DNA of 64,000 bases from Calcarisporiella thermophila CBS 279.70 (taxonomy: Eukaryota > Fungi > Calcarisporiellomycota). The stretch lies in the NCBI RefSeq assembly GCF_041956535.1, contig NW_027192199.1, positions 763,693-827,692 on the forward strand. The letters are read 5' to 3'. Under the pieces are notes generated by a model. It was not told the DNA's origin. It worked only from the letters and a program-made list of their open reading frames with translations, and made no database searches. Positions 23,825-35,809 of this stretch are shown in pieces (position 1 is the first letter of the stretch; the number at the start of each line of letters is the position of its first letter). The translations under genes and the position numbers were made by a program.

Positions 23825-25165
23825 ATGAAATCTTGCATAGTTCTCTCTTTGATCACCATTGGTTTGGCAACCCTTGCGTCTGGTCTCCCCATCGACAAGC
23901 GTGGGGTGGTGGATGGGTCCGTGAATAACGCTAAAGTACTCAGCAAGATCGGCTTGTTGAATGCCATGGTCAATTCGAACCCCCAGGATTTGGAAAATAA
24001 CAACAGTAACACTCGTGCTCAAGGCAAGAAGAACAACGCAGCTGGTCAAGAAATCAAGCGTGGCCTTATTGATGGATCTCTTAATGATGCCCATATCATT
24101 GACAACATCAGCATCCTAAACGCTCTGGCAAATTCTAGCCCCCAGACCCTCCAGAATAACAACGCCAACACGCGTGCGGCCGGGAAGAAGAATAACGCCG
24201 CCGGTCAGTACGAGAAGCGCCACAACCGCCATTGGGACGGCGACAATATCTACGACGATGCTCACGTCCTAGATCACAATAACATTGCCGACACGAACAT
24301 CAACTCGGACACCGTCTACGTTTCGAATGACAATGCAAACACACGCGCGCGTGGAAAGGGCAACAACTCGGCCAATGCTAAACGTGGGCTCATTGATGGA
24401 TCGCTTAATGACCCGCATGTTCTCGATAATCTTAACGTGCTCAATGCGTTGGTGAACTCGAATCCTCAGCAACTGCAAAACAATAATGCCAACACTCGCG
24501 CGGACGGTTGCAAGAATAATGCCGGTGGACAATATATGAAGCGCAACAATAACTGCCGTCGTGGTATCATCGATGGTTCGCTGAATGATGCGCATGTGCT
24601 AGCGGGTGTCAATGTCCTAAACGCGTTGGTGAACTCAAATCCTCAACAAGGAGAACAAAATAACGCCAACACCCGCGCGGAGGGCAAAAAGAATAATGCC
24701 CTTGGACAGGTCATTCGCCGTAGTTTCAGCGACGATATATACTCTGATGCGCATGTACTTGACCACAATAACGTAGCAAACACCAACATCAACTCTGACA
24801 CTGTGTACGTCTCCAACAGTAACGCCAACACCCGTGCTCGTGGGAAAGGAAACAACTCGGCAGACGCCAAAGTTAAACGCGGCAGCGCTGACAATATCTA
24901 TGATGATGCCCATTTGCTCGATCACAATGATATTGCAAACACAAACATCAATTCAGACACCGTGTATGTATCAAACAACAACGTTAACTCGCGCGCACGC
25001 GGTAAAGATAACAACTCTGCCAGCTACAAGGTCCGTCGTGTCCTGCTTCGTCGCCATGACCACCACAGCAAATCCAAGAAGGCGCACGATGCCCATGAAT
25101 CCAAATCGCACGAATCAAAGAGCTCGTCCAAGGAGGATGCATCAGTTGCTGCTGACCAGATTTAA
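23825..25165 (+). CDS. Secreted Kex2-processed repeat protein (KEP) with seven ~51-53 aa Asn-rich repeats
   Basis: Signal MKSCIVLSLITIGLATLASG-LP; repeats separated by KR/RR; four type A (GLIDGSLNDAH...NNANTRAxGKKNN) and three type B (DNIYDDAHVLDHN...NSDTVYVSN.NANTRARGKGNNSA). Confidence 0.9.
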   Translation: MKSCIVLSLITIGLATLASGLPIDKRGVVDGSVNNAKVLSKIGLLNAMVNSNPQDLENNNSNTRAQGKKNNAAGQEIKRGLIDGSLNDAHIIDNISILNALANSSPQTLQNNNANTRAAGKKNNAAGQYEKRHNRHWDGDNIYDDAHVLDHNNIADTNINSDTVYVSNDNANTRARGKGNNSANAKRGLIDGSLNDPHVLDNLNVLNALVNSNPQQLQNNNANTRADGCKNNAGGQYMKRNNNCRRGIIDGSLNDAHVLAGVNVLNALVNSNPQQGEQNNANTRAEGKKNNALGQVIRRSFSDDIYSDAHVLDHNNVANTNINSDTVYVSNSNANTRARGKGNNSADAKVKRGSADNIYDDAHLLDHNDIANTNINSDTVYVSNNNVNSRARGKDNNSASYKVRRVLLRRHDHHSKSKKAHDAHESKSHESKSSSKEDASVAADQI

Positions 25166-25639
25166 TTATCTTTTTTTTTTAGCAAAATTTTAAACTTCCT
25201 CCCATTTCTATTATTTCACGCGAAATGAGCGTTTTAATACTTTGGTACCTCTGGCATTGAGTGCCTACTTCTATATTGTCTCGCCAACACCTTATTTTTT
25301 CGTTCTTACGTTGGTTTTATGTTATTGTTTATTTCTATACCTAATGTTGTAATTCAATGCAGACGTCACTAATGAATATATCACAGTAGAAATCTTCATT
25401 CTTATAAGATATATAGGTGAAAATGTTAGAACAAAAGCCATAATATTATCCCATGCGTTTACTTAAATGGCATATTGTTAACGCTAAGTGCTGCAATGCA
25501 ACCTTCGAGTTTTTTTATTTGACCTACGATAATCAATAGTATGCACAGGATACTTAACGTTATTGGTCGTGGGTCCGCCAGGTAGAAAAGATAATACTTA
25601 GAAAATATTTTTTAGATATGCCACAATCCTTACCGTCTA

Positions 25640-26160
25640 AACGATATTAATTTGAGTGGAATATCCATGTAAACAAATAAAAGCCAATAAGATCAATCTT
25701 CTTTAATAAATTATACAGAGGGTGAATGAAGCCAAGAATTCTATGAAAAGACAAGTACAAGACAAGTATGCTATAAGGAGGTATATTGAAGGAACACTGC
25801 AATAATTGGCTGTTTGAATATATTAGGAGTAAATTAATGGAGTTAGAATCAGATACCCAAACCTTGTCCATAAGCAATAGATCTATCTCAATAACCTGAA
25901 TATACACTCTGATTTGGAAGGGGAGAATGTTTTGAAGATATCCAACACTTCTCATCAATGCACTGTAAATGGAGTTTGAAGCTTTGAATCAACCACCGTC
26001 GAGTGACTTGCCTATGCTATTTTGCATAATTCACAGGAGATGAGCTGATGTATAAAATAATGTCACTCTATGAGCTAGTTATGTAGTAGCATTTAAATAG
26101 CTTCATATTAATTTGCGGAGTCACTTTGGCTCTAATGGCACCATATTTAGACTTATTTCT
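25640..26160 (-). mobile_element. Heavily decayed Ty3/Gypsy-like reverse transcriptase relic (putative)
   Basis: Collinear broken fragments on the minus strand: DIILY (YIDDIIIY-like), HLQCIDE/EVLDIF, GY-EIDLL, FIHPLYNLLKK...FTW; many stops and frameshifts. Confidence 0.4.
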
Positions 26161-26689
26161 TTGCCTTGTTTATGGATTTAAGCTAATCCTAGTATTTCAA
26201 AATAGAGGTTTCAGGTTATTGAATTCCTATTATTTTATAACATAATAATTGACTAATACAGCATAAATAAAAGAACTCTGTACTTCGCCCAGCTTTTGTG
26301 CCATCCGCCATCAGGACAGAAAGTCGGGCAGAATAAAAATTTGACCCAAATCCTTGTTTTTAAAACGATTAATCTAGCTCTATCACAAATTTTTTTTTGA
26401 GATTGAAGGATCTTTTATTGAAAAGTCTCCTATACAAGTTAAATGATAGGATTTGCACGCTATTTCTAACGCTCAACCATTGCTTACATGTATTTCTTCT
26501 GACAGGCCCTATATTAAACGTATTTCTTGTTTTCTGAGGACGATCATAATCAAATTATTAAGAACGAAGTATCTTATAGCTCGATTCTTAGAGTATGTCC
26601 CTGACCCTAGCACTATCGCAAAAAATTTTTCCGAAATTTTGAATTTTAAAGTTTGTTTATATTCATTTTTGTGAATATCGTTTCCAGAT

Positions 26690-26771
26690 GACAGCTTGTC
26701 CGAGTGGTTAAGGAGTGTGACTAGAAATCACATGGGCTCTGCCCGCGCAGGTTCGAGTCCTGCAGCTGTCG
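26690..26771 (+). tRNA. tRNA-Ser (anticodon AGA)
   Basis: Body nearly identical to tRNA at 393; anticodon arm TGTGA-CTAGAAA-TCACA; GGTTCGAGTCC; downstream TTTT. Confidence 0.96.
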
Positions 26772-26890
26772 TTTTGCCATAGAATTATATTGTTTTTGTT
26801 TAAATATTGTTTCTTTATATAAAATAGCGGGAATAAAAAAGCTTAAAGGGGTATAACCAACATTAAAACTGCAAAAGAACAGTGGCGATT

Positions 26891-27765
26891 TCACTGGCCA
26901 TATGTTTTGTCGAAACTAAAGGAAAATGCTAAGAAGCACATCATAACAAGTAAAAATAATCCGAGAACTGGGCCTAGCAGGATGGCAAGCGGGTCCATCG
27001 GGTGCTTTGAAGATTGCGGCTGCAGCTGAATAGGAGGAGGTTTGGAACCCACGGGATTGGCCGGGAGTACGGATGTACCATTAAGCCGTTCGGCGACGAA
27101 CTGGGTGATGGTGGAGGTCAATGTGGTGACTTTTTTTTTAATGATTCATCGGCATTGGTGTTATTAGAGACATCGATCAGCGGCCCGCTCGATGTAGCAC
27201 TGTTAACAATTTTATGGATGAATTGCTGCAGTGTGTTGCTTGTGGAGCTATCGGCAGCAGAGTTGGAATGTGCGGTAGAAGCAGAAGCTGCGGCCGGAGA
27301 GATAGCAACCTTCGTATCTGGGGGTTGGGAGACTTTGGAAATAGTAAGAGGTTGGGTATTTTGCTCACTCGTAGGTACTTCTCCTTGCTTTTCGGGTTTC
27401 CCTTCCTCCGGACCGGCTGTCATCGACGAAGACAAAGGGGGTGGATTCAAAATTGGCCGAATAACCACCTTCTCCCCACCGGCCTGCTTTGTTTCTTCCG
27501 CAGCCTCCATCCGGGCATTGTGGTCGGCGGCGACACGGATAACTAGAGGTAGCTTGACGTCGCTCTTTTTATTGGTCATTGGCAGTGCCTTGTTGGCGCC
27601 CTCACTGCCCAGCCTAGAAGAGTACAGCTCTGGCTGATAGTTTTTCATCGTTGGGTGGAGGTGGGAATTGTGCGGTTGTTGTGGTATCGAGGTTAGCGGA
27701 TATGAAAAGGCAAGCGAGCATAGTAATAAAAAGAGAGGTATTGTTGGGTATAGGAGATCTTTCAT
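26891..27765 (-). CDS. Secreted/cell-surface S/P-rich protein; C-terminal TM segment lies in another frame past an A9 run (27131-27139)
   Basis: Signal MKDLLYPTIPLFLLLCSLAFS-YP; ORF 27118-27765 stops just after TTAAAAAAAAAG; the -1 frame continues VTTLTSTITQF...PLAILLGPVLGLFLLVMMCFLAFSF to 26891. Confidence 0.7.
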
Positions 27766-28305
27766 AGTTTTGAGGGGGGAACGGAGTATAAAAGGAGAGG
27801 AATGTTATATAGAATTGGATAAAGAAGGGTATGGGGGCATATGCGAAGAAAAACAAAAAAAATCACAGAGGGTTGGATTTTTCATCGATTTTAAGGCTTC
27901 AATATCTCCGTGGAGATCGAGAAACTGCCCGATCTCAAAATTCTATTTTGAACGTTGGCTTTCGGTCTAGTCCCCGCGCGAATATTTCAATTTCAACACA
28001 CCATGGTTGTTATAAAATAGTTATTATCAAAGCATGAGGAAAAGAGGATGAAGGGGAAGGAGAAGAGGAAGTGGAAAAGAAGCCAGAAATAGGTTGAGCA
28101 GATTCAAATAATATTACATACATATATATATAGAATTGGGGTTGTGAAAGTGGTCATTTCAAAATTTACGAAGAAAACACTATATAGTTGAGAAAAATAA
28201 TCCTACATGACTAAAAAAAAAAAATCGAAACATTCGATATGTACTATGAAAAAGAGCTTGAATGGGTAAATCAATAGCTAATAATATTTCATGGAGCCTT
28301 ATCTT

Positions 28306-30220
28306 TTATTTCCAGCTTCCTCCCAGATACGGCCAACTAACATATCTTGAGGAAAAATAGAGGCAAGCAGCCGTCACGCCCGCAAACATCATGAGCATTC
28401 CCTTGCCGAGCCATATTCCCCACAGTGAATATTCTTTCGAGCCGGAGCGAGGTTTGCGTGGAGAGGTACGGGGCGCGGGAGGGACACGTTTCTGCATGAC
28501 TACAGAGTCGTCGATTGTGATAGGTGGATGGTGCAGCGCTAGGGGATCTCGCGGGTTTGCAGCAGAGGAGCGCATCAGTATTGCCGCAGCCTCCGTCACT
28601 GATCGTGGATAGGGTCGTCCCTCGTCCACCATCCCATCGTGGTATACTTTTTCTGACAATTGGGAGTCGGCCACCGTGGTACTGGCCGAAGTAAAAGTAG
28701 ACCGATGTGTACGCCGCCACTCCACGAATTTATCGGCGGTAGCTTGGCGCAGAAAATTAACGTGGGTGTGGAAGAGCATTGTGTAGAGCTTGGAGAGCTC
28801 TGAGGAGTGCAGCTGTGGGAAGAGATTGGGTTGGGGATTGGGTGATTCATGGTGCGAGGAAGGGAGAGTGGCTAGGGGGGGATTGGGTGGTTGGGAAGAA
28901 ATCGACTCAACCGAGCGAACACCTTCCTCCAATGGGGCTGCCTCGGATACCATGGTCGACACCGCAAAAGGTGGGCAATTTGCATCGTTGGGAGATGCAC
29001 AACCGAAATCGAAAAATTGGATTCCATGCTCGCGAAGGTCGTGCAATACCTTCTGCTTTAGTTCTGCAACTTCGTGTGAAGAGATAGTATCTGCTTTGAC
29101 AATGATCGGGATTAGATTGACAACGTGGTGGAGACTGCGCATATACTCAATGTCGACGGGTTTGAGGCGGTGTAGAATTAGATAGAGACACGCATCCACA
29201 TGGGTGTGTCCTCCGCTGCCTGTGGTGAGAAAACGTGCAAGCTCGGGGCCATTGGGTGCAGACTCGGAAAAGAATCCGTTGGTGCGCTTGAATTGTTGGA
29301 TCACATAGTCGACAATGGGGGCGATGCACAATTTAGCCTGTGGCATAAGAAAAATAGGATAAGAATTCTCGTATACGAAGAGCGTGGTGGATAGACACCT
29401 ACATCCAAGTGTGTTCCGTAGCCCACCGTATCCACAAAGCAAATGTTTTTCACCAGAACGCTATTCCGGTCGTGGTCCGGATAATTGTTGGAATGTAACC
29501 ACGGGGGCAGGACCATTGTGCTTGCATAAAGGAGATTGGCTACCCCACCGCTACTTTCATGTATGTCACTGGCCAGTATATCAGGGCCACCCATGAGTGT
29601 GTGAATGAGCTGGGTTTTTCCAATGCCTACAGGAGAGCATAAAGGGAGCTTAGAGCCAATTACATTAATGATGAATATTGAGTCCGCTTACCAGTATCGC
29701 CACAAACTAGTACCCTCATGTAGCCAAGATTTTGGCCCTCATTTGTTGGATGCTTAGCCTCGGCAATGGTTAGAGTAGGCATCACAAGGCAACTTTCAAA
29801 ACCACTTTGTAGCTGATCCAATTCCATTCCTGGAACATTCTCATCACCCACAGGAAGCGAAGAGATGCTCAATGGGCTCCCAGGGGTCGTCGGGCAAGAG
29901 ATAAGGGTACGTCTGAGCTGGTTCAGCAAGGGGGTATCGTCTTCGACTGAAGCCCCACCTTGATTCTTCTTTTGCTGTAAGTATCGTTTCTCGTCCATAT
30001 CTTCTTGACTGCTCGTGGTAGCGCGGGTAGAGAAGTCGCGCGATGGAGGAGAGAGCTTTGCTGAATATTCATCATCACTTTCTGTGGACAGCGTCTGGAA
30101 GCTACGCACTCCATAGGACTCATCGTCTGGAGTAGGCTCCATGGCTACGAGCGAAGAGGCAGACGACTGCCGTTTGGGCGGAGAAATAATTGTGAATTGG
30201 GTCCCCGGATGCTGATGCAT
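28306..30220 (-). CDS. Atypical septin-like GTPase with C-terminal hydrophobic helix (3 exons)
   Basis: MRVLVCGDTG/IGKT P-loop, ICFVDTVGYG (G3), HVDACLYLILHRLKPVDIEYM, NLIPIIVKADT (G4); tail LWGIWLGKGMLMMFAGVTAACLYF. Confidence 0.85.
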
Positions 30221-30539
30221 GCAGTTATATGTAGAGGATAAGCGCAAATGATTTTGCCGCTGGAATGTTAAGCTTTTTGAGTGAGAGTGAGAGTCAAAAC
30301 AGTGGTAAGGATTGAAGACAAGTGTTAAAATGTATTAAGCGAACCTACATCTCAGAAAAAAGGGAAAAAAACTGTCACGTTATTCATCAGAGGATGGGGG
30401 CAATTTTTTCATTATCACCTAACCTGTAGAGAAACCGGTGGAGAGGAGGAGAATCGATCCATATCTATTTTTTTCAATTTTTACGCCCAACATTTTTTAT
30501 TCCATCTTATTATACTAGACTCTTCGAGCCAAAGATCCA

Positions 30540-31120
30540 AGGTAAATTCTTGAAGGCCAGTTTTTGACAACTATCCCATTCATTTGCTCAAACACTGGGA
30601 TTTTACTAGCAAGATTATTCCCAGAATCTTGGCTTGTAGATTAACCAAACATTTTAAACTTAAACTTGGAAATGATCTCCATTAGCTAGCAAAGAATAAT
30701 GAATGTTCATGCCATGAAAATTAAAACCACTTTGTGATTTGATAAGCTTTAAAACTATCTTGTGAGCCTTTTTAATACACCCTACTTGGAATCAGGAGGT
30801 TGAATATGATCAGACAGTGGAGTGTCTATATTTTCATACTCAAACTCTGTATCATATCCGTCTTCAGGGGCAAATACCCTGAGCGAAGCGATGACTAATA
30901 TCCCGGGCATATTGTCCATGTCCTAAGAATCGAGGTATCAATGAAACGAGAAAGTGTCTATGCAAGACATCCGTAGAGGAGGCATGGAATTGCAAGTGTG
31001 GTAGAGGCTACTACACTGGAGACCTATGTAGGGCCATTTCCTCAATTGGAAACAGTATACTAAACACCAACCGATAGGAAATTACCACATCGATAAGTCT
31101 AATGATATTCTACGAAGTAT
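30540..31120 (-). mobile_element. Possible very old LTR-retrotransposon (RNase H/integrase) relic
   Basis: ORF-less intergenic DNA with coding-like composition; faint fragments such as NEWDSCQKLAF (WD..L.FAYN-like); weak. Confidence 0.2.
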
Positions 31121-31665
31121 ATACACGGTGGTTGCTTGGCCCAAGTTTCCGCAATGGGGTTAAATTATTAGGCGATTTTCTTCGGAATTGCACTATCTTA
31201 TCTCCAATTTCGAAGTGCTATCCTGCCTTACCCTTAGTTAAAGAGCTGTGTTATAGAATTTACACTGGAACACTCTCTAAAGGTTGCTTTAAAATAAGTT
31301 TTAAGAAAGTATTCATGCTTGTCATGGTGCATCTTCTATTTCAGGGGGGGGGGGTTATGCCAATCTTCTAAAACCGGATAATGATAGGAGGCACAAAGTT
31401 CCACCTCAAGTCAGAATTAGTAATTTAAGTGGCAGCTATCAAACGTATCAATGCGTATCAGTTCGCAAGCTCAAGCTTACCCTCATTTATGCATGTGAGA
31501 ATGGCTTAGCTTTCCGTGTCCATACTGTTTTCAGTTTTGAGACAGATGTAAGACCTTTTTCGTAGTTTCATGAAGGTGATGAGGCTCGAAGAAAATGATA
31601 TGTTACAATGTATTAGGTATATGGAAAAAAGGTTGAAATGGTACAGAGTCTGTGTAATAATTTCA

Positions 31666-32834
31666 TCACATTGATTTCCCGCGGGTTCTCGACACAATCT
31701 CTCGGTGTTCTTGCTGCTTAGTCTCAGCGACTGGGCCGCGTGGAAACTGGTGTGCATGAGGAGGATAGGGTCCTGCTGTTGGCGGAGGCCGGTCTCTCAT
31801 ATAGGCCTCATCATTCGGATTACTATAGGTGGCAAGGCCGTAGGAATCTCGGCGTGTCGTGGTAACTACGCGTATCCCCTGGTCTTCATAGAAAAAGGAG
31901 CGATTCCGGTCGGCCTCGGCTCGTGCGCATTCTAGGGGGGAGAGAGGGAAATAAGAAAGCATCAATAAAACCGCTTTGGAAGAAAAGCAATATGTATATT
32001 ATTAGTATACCGAGTAAATGTGCACGAAGTTGCATTGAATAAGCGTAGTCTAGAGCTGTCCAACCAGATTTGTTGGCTGCAAGTCTGCAGCCTCGCTCGA
32101 TCAGAGTGGAGACTGTCTTGCGATGGCCCCACGCCGAGGCGCTTAGAGAGGACGAAAAGGTTAGCACATCGGCCTAAGAAATGGTGGAAAATATCCATAC
32201 TGATGCAAAGGCGTGTTTCCATCCGCGTCCATATGGTCAATGTCAGCCCCATTATCCAGCAGAAGATTGACCATAGTATCGTTGCCCTTCAGGGCAGCAT
32301 AAGTAAGCGCGCTTTTGCCCTCTGAATTCAATAGATTGACCGTGTCGGGAAATCGAGAAATATAGAGACGGAAAATCTGTAAGACCCAAACCATAGATCA
32401 AAATTAAACAAACTTCTGCATCAGTGGATTTTCACAGTGCGGCTTGCCCACCTGCTCCTGCCCGTGTTGCGCTGCAATCATAAGAACGGTGTTGTGGGAA
32501 TAATCGGTAAGGATGCCCCTGTCTTCATGCCCATTTTCTAGGAGAAATGCCACTATTTCTTTACGGCCATACCGTGCCGCGTACATTAAGGATGTCCTAA
32601 CAAAATTGGTCAGGGGATAAGTGGATTTGAAGGGGACGGACACGGCTGCAGAATGTACCATCCGTTTTTCGAGTCGACATTCCTAATATCAAATCCCTCA
32701 TTCTTTTCGTAGATGCGTTTGACAGCGTGCAGGTTGTCATCAAGAATGGCGGCGCGGAATTTCTGCGAGAGGCGAGCCTCGCTGTAGCGATGGGCCGGCG
32801 GCGAATATGAAGCGGCCAGATTTACCACGGGCAT
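31666..32834 (-). CDS. AVO2: Ankyrin-repeat protein, Avo2-like TORC2 subunit (about 5 exons)
   Basis: FRAAILDDNLHAVKR...NVDSKNGWTSLMYAARYGR...GHED...NTVLMIAAQHGQEQ...DADGNTPLH parallels recalled yeast Avo2 (LREAIIEGNLLIVKR...DSENGWSSLHYA...GHEQ). Confidence 0.8.
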
Positions 32835-33278
32835 TTGGGTTATCAGCTAGCTTTTCTCTCTGCCTTGAATCTAACCCAATATTGTTTTGCATCTAAAATG
32901 ATGGCTAATCTCTCGAAGCTGAGTGGTCGAATTTTCTTAATTCTTAGAAGTTGAGTGCGAAGAGGGGATCTCACACGTTGACCGAACCACTTGACAGAAA
33001 TCAGCCCGGGAAGCGGTTATCAGCAATGCGCCCTCCGTTATCTACGCTCATCAGCGGCTGTCTTATCAACCGCACGGCGAGCGTAGCATGTTCTCGGCTG
33101 CTATCTTAGTATCGCGGACGCCATTAGCGCACTCACGTAGGTTCAGACAGCGACGTGACTTGTCATTTGAATTAATTTATTGCAAAAATAGAAATAGAAA
33201 AATATTTTCCAATTTTTTTTCCGTTCTTTCCTTCTCCTCCCTCCACTCTCTCCACTTTCTGCCTTCGAAGCCAAAACC

Positions 33279-35809
33279 ATGCATTTTGTCATTATCCTCC
33301 TTCCTCTAATCACGCTAGCAGCATGGCTTCGTGGCTTCTCTATCCACCGCAGAGCTGTAGCGTCTCTTTACCCCATCGACACTCTGCCAGACGACCAAAC
33401 CATCGCGCAGCATACGCGGGGGCATTCTGACGAGATTGTTATCGGAGATAAACCTGATAATATATTTTACTTCATACAAGTACGGGCTCATCCATATAAG
33501 ACGGATTGATGCTTGCCTGTTCAATATCTTATGACTAATCATTACTCTCTAGGTATCTGATCTCCATATTTCCCGACACCATACATCAGGGGGCACAATC
33601 CACTTTCTTCACTTTCTTTCTACAGCCCTTCCCCAAATTTCTCCCTCCAATGTCTTCGCTACAGGAGATCTGACTGATGCCAAGGATGCTAAGAAGCTTA
33701 TTGGATTACAGTATCTTGAGGAATGGCTCCTATACAGAGCAGCTCTTGAAGAATCGGGAGTGCTTCGATATCCCGGCTTTTATAGAGACGTGCGTGGAAA
33801 TCATGACACCTTTGGGGTTTCCGGATGGGAAAGCAAGGGTAATTATTATCGTGATTTTGGGGCAGACGGAGGGCATCCTGGGTGGGTTCTGAAGGAAGAG
33901 AAAGAGTTTGGGAGGTATGCATTTGTGGGGCTAGACGCATGCCCCAAACGAGGGCCATCCCGTCCATTAAATTTCTACGGATACATGGATAATGCTGACA
34001 TGGATGAGCTCGATAAGACCATGATGGAGCTGAAGGGATACAACCATACTTTTGTTGTAAGTATTTGCATGGGAATGCTTTTAAATGTGGAGAGATGATT
34101 GACGGCATCACAATTTTGGGATAGCTGGCACATTATCCGACAACCTCTATCCTTTTTGGAAAAACAACTAAAGGTGGGAAAACATTTAATGAACTTTCTT
34201 CCCAGTTCAGCACATACCTCTGCGGACATCTTCATAAACTCATACCAGGTATTTTTCAGGTTTTTTTTATATATATCTTTATCAATGTAACCTGCTCATC
34301 ACCAAAAACTGATGCGTTTTTATTTCAGGCGTGGGGGATACTCTACAAGCATATCAGCCTTCTGGCTTTCTCGAACTCGAGCTTGGGGATATGAAGGCAC
34401 ATGCTCTATACCGTGTTATGGCTGTTGACCATGACCTAATTTCCTTCACGGATGTCCCTCTTCCACTGACCAAGATCCCCACCAAAGAATCTGTCGATCT
34501 GCGCACCTCACCACTTCTTCCCGCGCGTATCCCCTCTCCTCCTGTTGTCCTCGTTACCAACCCAAAGGATGCGCGATATTTCATCCCAAACCGCGAGCCA
34601 CTTGACCGCCTTCGACGCAGCACCCATATTAGAATGCTGGTTTGGGCTGATATGGAGATTCAAAAGATTCAGGTCAGAGTGGATGGCAAAAACTATAAAG
34701 AACAGGTGGAATACCGAGGTAAAGGACAGAGGCTGGACCTGAAGGGGGGAAAGGGCGGGAGACCAGGAGAATACATACCACTCTGGGTTGCCCCATGGAG
34801 GCCTGAACTCTACGATGATGGCCAGGAGCATACTATGGAAGTGGTGGCAACAGACGTGGAGGGCAAAGTAGGACGGACGCATATCACATTCAGGGTAGAT
34901 GGTGAACGCGCTCCGATTAATGGTGGACCTGGAGAATGGATCATTTCCAACGATTTTACCTATATTGTAAGTGGGATGATAGGCTACGGTGTCATTCATA
35001 TTTGATCTCTTTTGGCTAACTCTCTTCTGATTTTGCTCCAGTCGAAATTTGTTTTCCTCACCGTGTATCTAACCACCACCCTCCTATTTCTACTCCTTCC
35101 GAAACTCGCACTCGCCTATCTAACTCTGACTCGCCAACGGGGCGCTTTTCTTGCTTGGTTGAGTGCACGGTGCCAGCAGTCGCCCAGTAAAGTGGACGGT
35201 ATCCTTCGCAAGGCTAGCCACTTTGTGTGTATCTGGACGCTTCGCTTCTTACTCTTGGCCCAAAGGGCGCACCTGTTTTATCCCCTCTATGCATATGCTC
35301 TCTATGTGTCTGCTTTCCCTTGGTTCTACCTGAAATTCGTGCAGCCGTCAGAGGGGGAACGGATCGATGGAGGGGGCTGGGGGTACTACTATCTTTATGG
35401 TCTTAAAATCGGCTCGGAGTGGATTCCCCTAGTGGATACCTGGTGGTGGGGTACCTGGGATCTTACGTTTGCCCTGGTGTTGCCTACCCTTTACCTTGCC
35501 CGTCTCACTACCCCCGCACCTACAAGCGTGAAGCTCTGTGCCATAGGACTCTATCTTTGGCGCTGTAGCGAGACAATGGCGCTCGGCTGCATCTATGGTG
35601 GGTGGGCAAGCGTGGTTCGAGGAGTGATGTTCTGGTGGTGTGTGGCAGCGGGAGCATTAACCCTACACGCGATGAACGTGTTCGGAGGAAAAGGGGGCAG
35701 AAGAGTGGTGCGTGAGTGGGTGGGAAGACTGCGAATGTCCATGTCCGTTGGATGGCGAAAATTGCACGTTGGACACTGGAAACGACGTTCTAGCAGAAAA
35801 AGAATCTAG
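33279..35809 (+). CDS. TMEM62-like calcineurin-like metallophosphoesterase, multi-pass membrane protein (about 5 exons)
   Basis: Metal-binding motifs QVSDLHIS, TGDLTDAK, RGNHD, GHYP, CGHLH; ELELGDMK; C-terminal TM helices. Confidence 0.88.

Noticed and set aside
23825-25165. CRISPR-like or DNA-level repeat array
   Set aside because: Repeats are conserved at protein level with synonymous variation; eukaryotic context; no cas genes
393-26771. Segmental duplication marked by two near-identical tRNA-Ser genes
   Set aside because: Similarity is confined to the tRNA bodies; they are ordinary isoacceptors (CGA vs AGA) with unrelated flanks
20171-27765. Fungal RiPP (dikaritin-type) biosynthetic cluster
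   Set aside because: No DUF3328/UstY oxidase, tyrosinase, methyltransferase, peptidase or transporter recognisable nearby, and the repeats are much longer than typical cores
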